This document shows positions 44,496 through 58,509 of a stretch of 64,000 nt of DNA, piece by piece. This stretch comes from the human T2T-CHM13v2.0 reference genome, Homo sapiens. The translations under genes and the position numbers were made by a program. Position 1 is the first letter of the stretch. Every line of letters begins with the position of its first letter. Under the pieces are notes generated by a model. That model saw only the letters and a list, made by a program, of their open reading frames with translations. It was not told the DNA's origin and did not search any database. The stretch is from NCBI RefSeq assembly GCF_009914755.1, contig NC_060947.1; one strand, 5' to 3'.

Positions 44496-45509
44496 GGGTA
44501 ACTCTTCTGTCTTCTGTTGAGAGATGGCTTCTCCGAAGATTGATTTCTTGTCTTGCACTCTGCTTGTCAGTGTGATTGATAAAGCAGGCACCCCTGAATA
44601 ACCTGTGGGCACTGATACTATCAGTTGTTTAAGATGAAGCTCGTAGTTCAGGATGCTTCTGATTATAGTTCACTTATGGGCCTAGAACTATTAAGTTTTA
44701 AGTACCAACATGAGCATGAGAACCTCCATGAATTTTTCTACCCTAGTAGATTCTTATAGATAGTGGGTCTCTCTTGGAAGCAGATTGCCTTTACATGTAT
44801 GCAAAGCCTGGCAGAGGTTTGAAGTGAGTCTGGGTCTGCTGGACCATTATTAAGTTTCCCATTGCCTTGAAATCTGCCAGTGTGTGGGTATATGGGCAGC
44901 CAAGATCCCCCCTAATTTAGATAAAGCTAAAGCAGGAGGGCTTAGCTGATTTTATCATTACTGAGTAGCTGCAGCATTTCTTGCCAGTGGGCCTGGCACA
45001 CTTTTACATAAAGTGGCTGAATTTTCTGCAATAAGGTGTTTTCTGCTAGTGTATTTACTCAGTCATAGCTGGTGCTAGACTGAAACAGGATGTCTAAGAG
45101 GTGGATGCATTTGACCGGGTAGCCTTTCAGCTGTATATACAGATCCCAGGTGACCAGCCTTAGAGATCTATAACAGTTGTTCACATAAAAGTGTCGAAAG
45201 CGTTTCCTTGAATGTCATGGTTAGGGCAGCATTATTCCATAGCACATCTTTTCCAAAACTGGAACTTTTAAACAATGTCTGTCCCCTACCTTGAAAGTAT
45301 TGGCGTCTCCTCATAAACAAGAACTCACATACCCTCCAGAGTGCTAATACTAATCCAACATAGGTATGGCATAGGGACCTATGGACAGAATGACCTAGTC
45401 TATATATTTTCCATCAAATAGGATATTTAAAATATTCCACCTTCCTCAGAATTATGAGGCCTGAGTTTCCTGGAGTTATATAAAAAATTTTATCAACTGA
45501 CCCAGGTAA

Positions 45510-45808
<299 letters not shown>

Positions 45809-45976
45809 AAGTAAAATGTTTTAAATGGCATTATATACCTGAAAAAAAATGTGCAAATGTTGTGTCCTGAGATGTATGAGTAAGACATTTGATTAAAACC
45901 AATAGTTCTATAATTGCTTTCTTCCAAAAATTGCTTAGTTACCTTCCAGTGTTGTCCTAATGAAAAGACTGCATAC

Positions 45977-47143
45977 CTTCTTCCACAATGGTTGAACTAA
46001 TTCACATTCCCACCAACAATGTAAAAGTGTTCCTATTTCTCTGCAACCTTGCCAGCATCTGTTGTTTCTTGACTTTCTAATAATCACCATTCTGACTGGC
46101 GTGAGATGGTATCTCATTGTGGTTTTGATTTGCATTTCTCTGATGATCAGTGATGTTGAGCTTTATTTCATATGTTTGTTGGCCACATGAATGTCTTCTT
46201 GTGAGAATTATCTGTTCATGTCCTTTGCCCACTTTTTAATGGTTTTCTTTTATTGTAAATTTGTTTAAGTTGTTTGTAGATTCTGGATATTAGACCTTTG
46301 TCAGATGGATAGGCTGCAAAAATTTTCTCCCACTCTGTAGGTTGCCTGTTCACTCTGAGGATAGTTTCTTTTGCTGTGCAGAAGCTCTTTAGTTTAATTC
46401 GATCCCATTTGTCAATTTTTGCTTTTGTTGTAATTGCTTTTGGAGTTTTCGTCATGAAATCTTTGCCTGTGCCTATGTCCTGAATGGTATTGCCTAGATT
46501 TTCTTCTAGGGTTTTTATAGTTTTGGGTTTTACATTTAAGTCTTTAATCCATCTTGAGTTAATTTTTGTATAATGTGTAGCTAGCATTTGGTCCAGAAAT
46601 CTCATTACTGGGTATATATCCAAAGGAACATAAATCATTCTATTACAAACATACATGCACGTGTATGTTCACTGCAGCACTATTCACAATAGCAGAGACA
46701 TGGAATCAACCCAAATGTCCATCAATAATAGACTGGATAAAGAAAATGTGGTACATATACACCATGGAGTACTATGCAGCTATAAAAAGGAATGAGACCA
46801 TGTTCTTTGCTGGGACATGGATAGAGCTGGAAGCCATTATCCTCAGCAAACTAACGCAGCAACAGAAAACCAAGCACTGCATGTTCTCACTTGTAAGTGT
46901 GAGCTGAACAATGGAAACACATGAGCACAGGGAGGGGAACAACACACACTGGGGCCTATTGGGGGATAGAGTGTGGGGAGAAAGAGCATTAGGAAAAATA
47001 GGTGATGCATGCTGGGCTTAATGCTTGGGTGATGAGTTGATAGGTGCAGCAAACCACCATGGCACACTTTCACCTATGTAACAAACCTGCACATCCTGCA
47101 CATGTACCCCAGAACTTCAAATAAAAATAAAAATTTAAAAAAA
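45977..47143 (+). mobile_element. 5'-inverted L1PA8A/10-like element (inverted ~45977-46580, forward ~46583-47143)
   Basis: Opposite-strand ORF2 pieces (ORFs 46216 -, 46665 +); TSD gaaaagactgcata / gaaaagtctgcaca. Confidence 0.88.
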
Positions 47144-47417
47144 GAAAAGTCTGCACAAATGCTGTCAGCTCATCTCTATCAATACGTGTAGTGCTTCTAA
47201 AACTATGGGTTTCATAATATGACGATCATGTCCTATTTAAGTTGTGGAGAGTTCAATAAGAGTCCTACCCAGAGGGCCAAAGCATCTTGGGTGATAAGAT
47301 GAATCAATAACCATTTGAGCCAGAGGGAGAATTCAAATGGTAGTTAAGGAGGTAAACAAAAGTTTTAGGATAATTTTGTCTCTCTTGGTTAATACTTAAC
47401 TTACCTGTGAAATTCTA

Positions 47418-47545
47418 TTTTTTTTTTTTGATAGAGACAGTGTCTCACTATGTTGTCCAGTCTGGTCTCAAACTCCTGGGCTCAAACCATGGCCCCTCTC
47501 AGCTTCCTAAAGTGTTGGGATTACAGGCATGAGCCATAGTCAGTT
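47418..47545 (-). mobile_element. Alu monomer (FLAM-like)
   Basis: Poly-T followed by left-arm sequence only. Confidence 0.85.
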
Positions 47546-47797
47546 TTTTAATACTAAAAAATATATTTATGATAAAAGCACAACTTTTAATGTATTAATT
47601 TAAAAAGGAGTACTTTTTCTTTACTTCAAAATGAATCCCTATACAATATTCATCTCTGAGATTTGAAATGTAGATATAATTTATTGACATACTTGAGTTT
47701 TTTATCATTCAAATATTTGTATGCAATTAAATCTTAAGGGAAAACTGTTGAATTTAATATTTCTAGTTATGAAAATAATGCAATTACATGAAAAAAT

Positions 47798-48770
47798 GCT
47801 TGTGATGTTGTTGTAGATGAAGACAGCCCATTCAGAATTGTATTTACTGTATAATCTCAATTCTCAATCCCATATCAACCTTGATAAAGATATCTTAGCA
47901 GGTTTAGGATTTGTTGGGTGTTTCTTGATTCAGGAAAATTTGTGGCATATTGAAGACATCATTCCTGATATAAGATCAATAGAAATCCCAGAAAATTTAC
48001 TATCAGTGTATTAACAAGACCCTGTGGTAATGTCCAGAGGCAAATAACTTGTGTGCAGACTTCTTTTTTCTTTTTCTTTTCTTGCTTTTTATTTATTTAT
48101 TATTTTTTATTTTACTTTCAGTTCCAGGATGTGTAGGTTTGTTGCATAGGTATACATGTGCAATGATGGGTAGCTGCACCTACTAACCTGTCATCTAGGT
48201 TTTAAGCCCCACATTGATTACCTATTTTTCCTAATGCTCTCCTTCCCCTTGCCCCTCACCTCACAACTGGCCCTGGTGTGTGATGTTCCCCTCCCTGTGT
48301 CCATGTGTTCTCATTGTTCAACTCCCACTTGTTAGTGAGAATATGTGGTGCTTGGTTTTCTGTTCCTGTGTTAGTTTGCTGAAGATGATGGCTTCCAGCT
48401 TCATCCATATCCCTGCAAAGGACATGATCTCATTCTTTTTTATGGCTGCATAGTATTCCATGGTGTATATGTACCACATTTTCTTTATCCAGCCTATCAT
48501 TGTTGGGCATTTGGGTTGGTTCCATGTGTTTGTTATTGTAAATAGTGCTTGTGTGCAGACTTTTTGAGTGGACATCTTCAACCAATCATTCTGTGGAATG
48601 TGTTCCTAGTTCAGTCTACAACTTTGGTGTCTTTCACAGAGGACCTCAAGCAAGGACATATATAATCATCTGCTGATTGTTTATATCTGATGAGTTATTT
48701 CCAACTGTTGATAGACAATTATAAAATTTCCAGAGTAGAGGATCTTCTGGGGTTAAGTGGCTCCTGCTAC
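47798..48770 (+). pseudogene. Decayed Gypsy-type reverse transcriptase, split by an L1PA
   Basis: ACDVVVDEDSPFRI (47798), YNLNSQS...DILAGLGFVGCF (ORF 47817), VVMSRGK*LVCRLFE in register with VMPFGLxNAPATFQ (48024), HLLIV; the YxDD motif itself is not recognisable. Confidence 0.5.
48063..48547 (-). mobile_element. Short L1PA8-like 3' end
   Basis: Perfect 15-bp TSD cttgtgtgcagactt (48048-48062, 48548-48562); ORF 48318..48581. Confidence 0.92.
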
Positions 48771-48774
48771 CCCA

Positions 48775-51151
48775 TGTCATCCTGGATGGCATGATAATGC
48801 ATCTACCCAGAAGTTTTGGTTACCTAGTATGTGCGTGTTTGAACTTGAATTGCCCCAAGAATATTGCCCATTGTGTGAAATATGAGCTGTGCTTCCTTAC
48901 TGATCTGATGTTCCAAGTTGTGACGACTGACCCCTGGACACATGTTAATGAGTACCCTCAAAATTATTTCTATAAATAAAGTCTTCAATCAGTGATATGG
49001 AAAAACCACAGGTAGGAGTTCTGGCCCAACTAATGGCTAGCATTTACTGCCAGATATATGAATGAATAAGCCTTCAAATGCTCCTATCCCCTAGTCTTTG
49101 AGTATTCCCAGCTGAGACCTTAGACATTTTGGAGCAAAACCAAGACATTTCTGTTATGTTCTTTCCAAATTCTAAGCCCAAAGAATCTGTAAGCATAATA
49201 AAATTGTTGTTGTTTTGTGCCTCTAAGTTTAGAATGCTTTGTTACTCAATTATTGCTAACTGAAATATAATTTGGTACCTGTAAGTAGAGTGCTGTTATA
49301 AGAAAACCTGAAAATGTGTGGACCAGGAAGCAAAGGAGTACGAAAGACTCTTGAAGAGAGTGATAGAAAAAAGCCTTCAGAGCCTTAAAGGGGCTGTTGG
49401 TGAGGGCTTAAAGGAAAGTAAGAAAAAATGGAAGCTCTGTGAAAGGGAGACCTTGTTCTTTAGTAGCAGAAAGTCAGCAACACCCTTCTGTGGTAACATG
49501 AAAAATAGGATACACCTAGTAAACTTGATGAACTAGCTATAGAGATGTGTAAAATACCACTTGGCTTCTTTTCACTGCATATGATAAAACGCAAAAGGAA
49601 ATATACGAGCTAAAGGTTTGACTCTTATTATAAAGAATGCAGTACTTGGTAAGTTTGAATACAATACTATTTCACTTTCCCAGTCTCTCCATACAGAGAT
49701 TCTCAAATCAAAAAAGGCTCTGTGCTAAAGATAAAAACCAGGTTGGGACTCTTTGTTAAAGCCTCAAAAATATGTAAAGCAGTGCCTCCTAGAACCTTTC
49801 AGACAGAACAAAGGCCTTCTAAGGATCTTAAGGACAGATACAGATCTCTTTTTGCTAAGTGATGGAGCTTTTAAGTTTAAGGGGGTTATACCACAGCAGC
49901 CTCACAGGGAGCCCAAGGTAGAAAAAACAATGGAAATCTCTTATTATGGCTTTTGTCTGATAGAGTGGATTATAAATTGGTACACAGAAAATTTTTCAAG
50001 GAATTGTGCAATAGGTTGGACTTAAAAGGATAGAGATAGTACAAAATGAAGTGCTTTGGACTTCCAGACTACTACAGGAGAAAACAAACTGAAAAAAAAA
50101 AAAAAACCACTCAGCTGCAAACATAAGCTTTTTTTATGAAACAAGGAAAGATGACACAGAAAATGGAACCAAGAGACTAGAGGCAGAGTGAGAAGTAATA
50201 GAGAGTAGATCTCAAGCAGTAGGACAAAACAAGGAACTGGCAATATGTACTTAGCTATATTTCAGAATTGTTATGAACTAGTGACTGCTGCAGTCTTTCC
50301 ATCCCCTCTTCCATTTCCATGAGAGGGCCTATGGCAATTATTCTAGGCCTGGCCCCATAATTTTATGTTGAATGTGTAGAGCAGGTAACTTGTAACTTTA
50401 GCTTGCATGTCTTCAGGTCAAGAGGTGCTTATGGAACTGTACTCAAAAGAATCAAACCTTAGGATCTTCATCTGCACCTGGACCTAATATAGAAAATGAG
50501 ACCTTGTAGTTGAGCTGCTGTCATTATGCGACTTAGAGGTCTTGGAGGAGGGAATTAGAATACTTTGAATGTTGGGAGGATATTAGTTATTGTACCTAGT
50601 GGGCAGATTATAGCAAATTGTAGTTTCCAAAGATGACTACACTGTATATCTCCAATCCCACATGCTCTTTTGAACATGTGACTTCGACATTTCTTCCATC
50701 AAGAAATGGGGTCTGCGTTCCCCTCCATTCAATCTGAGTGTAATTGTGACTTGGTACAAGTAATGTTTTGTGACTTCCAAAGCTAGTTTACTCCATGACT
50801 CTTTGGAAACTTGTTCTTGTAACCCATTTGCTATACTGTGATGAACTCCAAGCAGCTACATGAAGAAGTCACACATAGGTGTTTCAGCTGACAGCCCCAG
50901 CTGAGATCATGACTGATACTCAGCATCCTCAACTGCCAGACATGGAAGTGAGTGAAGCTTTAGACAATATTAGCCTTCAGACTTTTGAGTCTTCCTAGCT
51001 GAGGCCCTAGACACTGTGGAGCACAAACAATCCATCCCTGCTGTGTCCTTTCCAAATTTCTGACCCTGATTCAGAATCTGAGATTAATGAATCAATTGTT
51101 GTATGCCACTAAGTTTGGGTGACTTGTCACATAGAAATAGTAACTGGAACA
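48775..51151 (+). mobile_element. MaLR MLT1H/J-like LTR-internal-LTR element
   Basis: LTR end ttgctaactgaaata followed by atttggtacc (MaLR internal start); 3' LTR ~50607-51151 with ttccaaagatg...cccacatgctctt...taactggaaca. Confidence 0.75.
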
Positions 51152-51320
51152 ATACCTGATAGCCAGTACCCTTGAATCTTAAATCAAGTTCTAGACAGAC
51201 AGGTAGAATGTTCTACTGGACAGTTCTGGCTGAGGAATTCCATCTCTAGACTTTTGATGATTTGTTTGTTTTAGTCTGGAAACAGTACTGATATAGAAAA
51301 CTCACTACTGCTGGAACTGG
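51152..51320 (+). pseudogene. Continuation of Gypsy RT thumb/connection after the MaLR
   Basis: *PVPLNLKS...GRMFYW (TAG for W at 51160) resembles WPxPxNxK...GxxxFYR; KLTTA near 51298. Confidence 0.5.
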
Positions 51321-52619
51321 GAGTTTGTTAGAGAGATGTATCTATGGAATATATTTAAAAATGTCAAACACGTCAGTATTCTTCAACCTTTCTACCTTCC
51401 TAACCTAAGGAATGAAACCTTTTCTCATAAGTAATATTGTCTCTCTATAGAAGTAACTTTTATGTGTAAGGATAAGAGGTATACATAATAATCTACAGGG
51501 GATAGGATGGGGGAATGTGTACTTTTAAAAAGTCCCTAAATCCTGGAGATTCTTATGCGATCTCCATTTGAGATTCACTGATTTGTACACTAATATCCTC
51601 CTGAGATCTGAGACAGGTTATTTATTGTATAGGCCTTCAATTCTAGGCAGTCAGGGGCATGGCAAAGAACTAAGGAAATAATTATTTTACAAGTGTCCTT
51701 GGAGTGCCACATAAAGCTCTGTAGTTTCATATTTGTTTAAAAGTGGCCCCTGGGTTGGAACAGAAATGTCAGAGATGTGCAAAAGCAGATAGATGCCCAA
51801 CACAATCAATGCTATTTTAAGAAGCAGCAGAAAAGCTGTCTTTATGTGTTACTGTGCTCTTTCCCTAAGTGAATCCCAGTCCCCTCAAATAACAGAGCTA
51901 TTTTTAAAGTGCTGAGAATGTCAAAAGTTTTATCATGAAATTTTAGTTCAATGTATTTATTATGTGGTGTGACTCACATCAATTTGTTGCTTGATGGGAG
52001 TAAAACTGAATCCAAGATAACAATAAGAAAGATACAGAATCAGAAAGATAGCTGTGTGAGTTTACCACATTTTCCTCTAATTGTTCCTTCCTAATGCATG
52101 CTAGCATTTTCAAACCAGGACCACCTCCTTACCCTCACTCTCTCTAATACCTTGTTGCTAGGTTTTCCCAACTTTGTTATATTTTGTCAATCTAGGAACT
52201 GAGATTTCTTTGTCCACTTATCTTAACTTGGGCCTATAATGTTATTTATTTTATTATGAATGCCTCTCATTCCTTTTTATGTGACATTCTTTCTTTTTCC
52301 TTTCACCCAAGGTCAATGTCTCTCTAATTTCTTGGTTGCTCTATTATCTATTTGTTCAAGGCAACTGGCAAATTTGTATAAAAACTAGTCACATGCAGTA
52401 CCAAACAAAGAAGCTGGAGTAGGGGAAAGGGAAGAATAAGATGCTGTCTAAGATTTCTTTCTAATATTGAAGGTGAGGGGATTGAGAGTTTCAGGGGTTT
52501 AGAGGCTTTACAGCAGGGAAGTAAAGCCTTCTGTAACCCTTGTTTTATTATAACCCCCACAGTCTTCCACTCTATCAGCTGAGCTGTGGAAGGGTGCCCC
52601 TGTTTCATTATAAAGAAAC

Positions 52620-53080
52620 TCACTAGACTATAACCTCTTTTAAGCTCTGAGATTTTTGTCAGTTTTTTTTAAACTGATGTATCCCAAGTGCCTACAATAG
52701 TGTCTGGCATATGAGAGGTGCTTAATGTGAAATTTTATTGAATGATTAAATGCAGCTCACTTTCTATCTGGGAGACAGCATGATATAGTGGAAAGGTCAT
52801 CGATTTTGGAATAATCCTTTATCTGACATCAAATATTGAAAGTACCTAAGAATTCAGTATGGGCTACCTTCTCTTCTAAATCTGTATTTTTTCCTTAGTT
52901 GGTCTCATCCATTCCCATGGATTCAATTACTGTCTATAAGCTGATGATGCCTACATTTCTGTTTATACGTGCAATTCCATATACTCAATTACCTACTTGA
53001 CATCTCCGCTTGAATGACTCACAGGCACCTCAAACTCATGATATTTAAAATTGAACTCATTATATTTCCCCCATATTTGC
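52620..53080 (+). mobile_element. L2 fragments (with a short MIR piece)
   Basis: gtatcccaagtgcctacaatagtgtctggcata; gacatctccgcttgaatgactcacaggcacctcaaactc. Confidence 0.7.
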
Positions 53081-53689
53081 CACTGAGATGAGCTGAATCA
53101 AGCCTGTTGTAGTGTATATAACATTGATTGAGGCTAATTTTAGCCTTTTCGAGTCCCAGAATATTATTTCCAGCAGTAGACTGATGATAGATCCTTAACA
53201 AAACTCCCCTTACTTGTCTTATACACATTAGCTCACCAGAAGTTAGAGACAAAGAGAAACAAACAGCTCTCATTTTCTATTTTCCTCCAGGGCATTATCC
53301 TATAAAATTCCAAGTCTAAGACGTAAGTTAACTTAATTTTGAGACTGGGGTCTCTTCAAGTTCTGAGAAGTTGAATGAAAGCTTGAGAAGGAAGATCAGG
53401 GTTATTGCCATGGTATAGTCTCTCTATGAATAGAAGTGTGTAAAAAAGGAATAGCCCACTATGTTTGAATGACTTAAGTAAATGTCAGGGTCAAACGTCA
53501 GGATCAGCCATGGATACAAAAGCTACATTATTCTTTCTTGTTCTACCTTTTTTGTGTATTATGATAAATGATTATATCGTTAATGCTCTAAATGCTAATG
53601 TAATAACAGATATCAGCTGCAGTTAATTGGTGACCTATTTTGGTTAAAAGTCCTTAAAAACAACAACAACAAAAATATTAGGATCAGAA

Positions 53690-53917
53690 CAGGAGTTTTC
53701 AACATCAGCACCACTGACATTTAGGACCAAATAATTCTCTCTCTGTGTGGGGGAGATGGGGACTGCCTTGTGCATTGTATAGTGTTTAGCAGTATCCGTG
53801 CCCTCTACTTACTAGATGCCAGTAGCACCACTGCCTCAGTTGTGACAAGCCAAAATGTCTCCAGACATTGCTAAATGTCTTTTGAATGACAAAATTGCCC
53901 CCAGTTAATAGCGACTG
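53690..53917 (+). mobile_element. MER20 hAT-Charlie DNA transposon
   Basis: ctagatgccagtagcacc...gttgtgacaa...aaaatgtctccagacattgc. Confidence 0.9.
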
Positions 53918-54299
53918 ATCTAGGAGAATTGCTATATCAGACTGATGATATGAGAAATCATTTTAAAGGTAATTGACTAATGGGATTATTACCAAATTCT
54001 TCTTTCCATATATATATATACCTCATCTATTATGGTAATGAGAGAATAAGAAACTGGAAATTTTTCAATGGGCACAGATTATCATAGTTACTACATATGT
54101 ATACTTTCTATTTGTGTATGTATGCATATGCATAGTAAGTCATACATAATTACTATGGCTGATATAAGATACACAGAGTGGCTTATCAGAAAGCTAGTAA
54201 ATCGCTGTATTACATTTGTAGAACATGAATCACCAGATTCTAAGAGTTGATAAAGATGAATTAAAAATGATCTTTATCAGTTTAAAAGGATATGTCAGT

Positions 54300-54870
54300 G
54301 GAAAACAAAAGTTTCTGCCACTCCACAACACCTAATGGAAATGCAGTGGGTTACATGAACTACCTTGAGGTATAGGTAGTACTGAATGACAGCAATGCCT
54401 TCCGCAACTGGAAGAACATGGATGCTGGCTATTTAAGGTCCCAAACCACTTGGGTATAGCCAATTTGAAAATGCCTATAGAAAAGCACTAGTTCCATGGT
54501 GATGCTATTCAAGAGAGACTCATGCAAAGAAGAACTTTAGAAAGGTTCAAGCAAAGTCTCATACATTCTTGGACTCAGTCAGCCCAGCTACATGAACAAC
54601 AAGGTCCCAAACAGCCATTTCAGTATAATTGCTGGCACTGACTCCCAGAATACCACATCCTACCTTGGTCTTTATTGTCTCCGACAACTTGCTCGTCTTG
54701 GAGAGGGGACTGAATACCACTTTCAGAATAGATATCACTAGGCATAAGTGGGTGGTGATGTTCTCTGAGTATCATTTTAAGGCTTCAATCTATGTTATAG
54801 GGCCAAGATTAGCAAGAAAGGTGTGCATATGTCATCTCAAGTGTTCCACTTACGGGAAATAGAAACTATC
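54300..54870 (+). pseudogene. Decayed Gypsy-type connection and RNase H
   Basis: AFRNWK (54397); ORF 54629..54862 VFIVSDNLLVL...RHKWVVMFSEYHFKASIYVIG resembles FxVxTDHxxL...RWxxxxSxyxFxIxYxxG. Confidence 0.6.
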
Positions 54871-55096
54871 CCCTTGGAGGGAATTAGGTTTATTTGGAAT
54901 TCCCAGAGTACATGGCACTCTGGGAAGGCAAGCCTGTTTGAAAACTTAGGACAACCTACAGACAGTATCTGTAGTAGCTATCAGCTATGTTGCCTTGCAT
55001 AAACTCTTGGTGCCTCAACATATGGGGTAGAGGACAGCATGATGAGCTAAGAGAAAAAGGCCTTCTACACCTTGGGGATTGGTGACTCTTCCATGA

Positions 55097-55180
55097 CAGT
55101 GGATTTTAAATCTTCAATTATTTTGACTACTATCCACAAATGAAATACATTTTATGGCTTTATCCAGCAAACATATTTGT

Positions 55181-55217
<37 letters not shown>

Positions 55218-55381
55218 TATAACTGAAGCAAAAGTTTCACAAAATAATTACTTTTCTAAATGCCACATATTCTTATATTTATTTTTCTATCTTATACTTC
55301 CTTTTATAAAAATACTGTTTTTGACCAACTGAACTGATTTAATAGCTTAGTGGATTAAGATCTGCACTTTGAAAAATATTC
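55097..55381. mobile_element. hAT-Charlie-type non-autonomous element (MER113-like) with internal (CA)n
   Basis: CAGTGG...tttgaaaaatatt termini; (AC)n at 55183-55212. Confidence 0.55.
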
Positions 55382-55499
55382 TTCTAGTGTGACTAAGATT
55401 TTACTTTAAGAATGACAAAAGTTAAAAATAGTAAGCCAGGAATTAAGTTATATTTTGCATTGGTCTATGTAAGGGAAGTAGAAACATTTGATTTTTTTA

Positions 55500-57430
55500 T
55501 GCATCTTATTTTTCTCAGAGGATATGAGCAGGTACTTGTGAGAGCATTAAGCAATGGCTGTGACTATTAAAAAAGAAAAGACCCTAGAACTAATTTAGAC
55601 CTGGATTTTTTTTTTGTTTTGTTTGCCAGGGGTGAATGAAGACATTAAATACACTGTGAAACTTCTGCATACTGCAAAAGACCTCCAAATTTGGCAGCCT
55701 ATCTGGAAACAATCCTTAATGGCAAGCTCATAGAGTTAATGAACAAAGACTTCTTGTTTTTAAAACCAGATAGCAGAACTTGTGGGAGCAGACTCTTGGA
55801 AACCAATTCTTTTACCCATCATGCCCCAAATTAAAGGGCTCTAATCACAGTTGCCTAGATTTTATGGAAGAAATGCTTCTCTCTCTATAGGCTATTATGC
55901 GAAGTATTCCAGGTGACCTCTATATATGGACTATTATGCAAAGTACTCTAGAGGTAGTGGATACACAAAAATCCAGAACATCCTCTTTATGATTCACAAC
56001 TTAAAATATTTCATTGGACTTTGCTGTACATACTAGGAAGCAGGCAGTGGGGGCAGAGAAAAGGGTTAATGGAACCAGCACATAACATTCTTATCATGTG
56101 GCTATGAAGGTTCTAAAAAATGCCCACTTTGTTTACCTTTTACTTTGGGGTATTTGGTGGGGGGCTGACTGTCCACAGACCCCTAATTTGGATTGGCTAT
56201 TGAGAATGGAGATTCAATAAGCTTGATCTAGCATGTGGGTAAGTGAAGTGAGAAACTACACCTGGAAATTCCCAGATGAAATACCGCTGTGAGTCACAAC
56301 AGTACTGTCAGTGCTCAAGTTTGGTACCAGTAACTTCAAGATGGGTGATGAGTACTATTGTAGACTTTGCGTCTCCCCTTTCAGTATGAAATGAATGTCA
56401 GGGGTACACTTACATCCTATATAGTGGGGCTAAAGTTTGTGGCCACAGCCTGTATAAAAACAGTTGGCAGGAAATAGGATGGATCTAATACAGCGGGTCT
56501 ACAAGTAGGATTTATTAACTATAAATTAATTGGGGAGAAGACTTTCTATGTCTGTGATCCCAGTGCTTGGGAACTAAGACTGGTGGATGAGGCTGTCTTT
56601 TGCCTAGGAAAAGTTTACAGTTGACTATGTCTCATTTCCATGGGAAACAGAGACACTAAGCTAGAGAGAGAGTTAGAAATGAGATTGGAGTGGTTGTCAT
56701 CATAAGTAAGGGAGTCTGCCTACCCATACCCATAGACTTTGTAATGGACAGTGGTCTTTGAACATAGGCTTTTCTAGAGAGGCCTCAGGAATTTCTAGAA
56801 GAAACAAAACCTGGAGGCCTGTGTCTCTAAGGTAAGAGAACAAGGAACTGAAGGGAAAATGCTCATCTTGAAAAAGAGTGCTAATTCACACTAGGAGTAA
56901 TTTGAAACCTGGATAATAGCCCAGTTTTGTTCTATCACTCTGGTTATCCTGGGGGAGGATGTGATTTGGTATGTGAGAATCTGAGCCTATTAACCAAGCT
57001 TACAGTGCCCAGATAAAGGGCTGCTTATTATCTGATTCTTGGAAGAGCCAATTCATGAGTGAAGATATAGACTGTAACATGTACTATAAAGTTTTTTTAT
57101 ACATGGAAGAGTATAATAAAAGTTGTAGGGGATATCAGCATATCCTCAACCACTGTTCCACTTAGGCTTTTAACATGTCTGAGCATACTTGGAGAACTGC
57201 TTGAAAAAACAATGCCAAGATCCTAGCTACCTAACGGGCCAAATAACCTTTGTTAAATAATTTGTCCTTAGGGAAGAGAAAGTCACAGAACTCAAGATGA
57301 GTTCAAAGATGATTGGCCAGTCCCATTAGACAGGGTGATTCAAATTACAGAATAGGCATATATCCCTCAGTTAGATTTGTTACTGATCCAGCTCATTTAT
57401 AGAGATTCATGTTTTAGCCATAGAGGGATA
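55500..57430 (+). pseudogene. Decayed Gypsy-type integrase with GPY/F-like C-terminus
   Basis: KTLELI (55578), LPGVNEDIKYTVK/AYCKR (55623-55681), LDFM (55855), EVVD (55951), WQEIG/MDLI (56465), SAYPYHRLCNGQ (56715), KMSSKMIG (~57295), EIHVL (57402). Confidence 0.62.
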
Positions 57431-57501
57431 TCAAGAAAAAAACAAAGATATCCCTCCTAGGCAAGGAGAGTGGACATCAGCAGCCTTAGTATAAAAATAT
57501 T

Positions 57502-57802
57502 GTCTGGGCACAATGGCTCATGCCAGTAATCCCAACACTTTGGGAGGTCAAGGTGGGCTGACTGCTTGAGTCCAGGAGCTGTAGACCAGCTGGGCAACAT
57601 GGCAAAACCTCATCTCTACAAAAAATACAAAAATTAGCGAGGCATGGTGGTGCGCTCCTGTAGTCCTAGCTACTCGAGAGGCTGAGGTGGGAGGATTACT
57701 TGAACCCAGGAGGCGGAGGTTGCACTGAACTGACAACGCCCCACTGCACTCCAACCTGGGAGACAGAGTGAGACCCCGTCTCAAAAAAAAAAAAAAAAAA
57801 AA
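57502..57802 (+). mobile_element. Alu, AluJ-like
   Basis: gcttgagtccaggag, ggtgggaggattacttga; A-tail. Confidence 0.93.
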
Positions 57803-58509
57803 CCATGGAGGAGTACCACCAGCAGCAATAACCTTCAACAGTCATCAGTAGTGAGAGATATCTTAAGAGGCAATGGATTCCATAGCTTCTTTTGGCATAG
57901 GAGGCATTACTACAGCAAGGAGAAGAAAATAAGAGTCATTACATAGTAGCCAAGAAGACTGGTTCTCACGGCATCTGAGAGATACCCATGTCCCTTAAGT
58001 ACTTGCAAAACTATTTGTGATGCACTGAGTCCATGAATAGAGCAAAGTAGAGCAAGCACTACCTATTTTTAAAACAAATGGGTTAGAGTCAAAGAGAAAT
58101 TATTTGATGATTGTTAACATAACTCTATTTTATATCCATTATCATGTAGCCTGTGAAATGAAAATCAATTATGGTTATATTCCTTTTCTAGTAAGAAAAT
58201 AAGTGTATAAAAGTAAACTGTATTAAGAAAATGAATCAAAATCAGGCATAATCAATTTGTCTAGTAATGTTAATTGCCTAATTTATAAAACTATAAGTGG
58301 GTGCACCCAGGACATAAAGAGTAAAATCAATGATCCTTCAAATGCTGTCAATGAGGTATTATCAACAAGATATATAGTTGATTAAATATACCAATTATCA
58401 ATGAGGTATTATCAGCTATCTGGTAATATATATAATAGGAAACGCTAACATATCTCAAATTCCCCACTCTATTATCATTAGTAATGATAAATACCACAAG
58501 AAAACATCA

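Noticed and set aside
47398-47410. Consensus donor CAG|GTAAGT on the minus strand
   Set aside because: No convincing upstream acceptor or exon; it abuts a FLAM tail, so no exon can be supported from sequence alone.
58348-58414. 17-bp direct repeat tcaatgaggtattatca with 50-bp period (CRISPR-like spacing)
   Set aside because: Only two copies in mammalian DNA; a simple local duplication.
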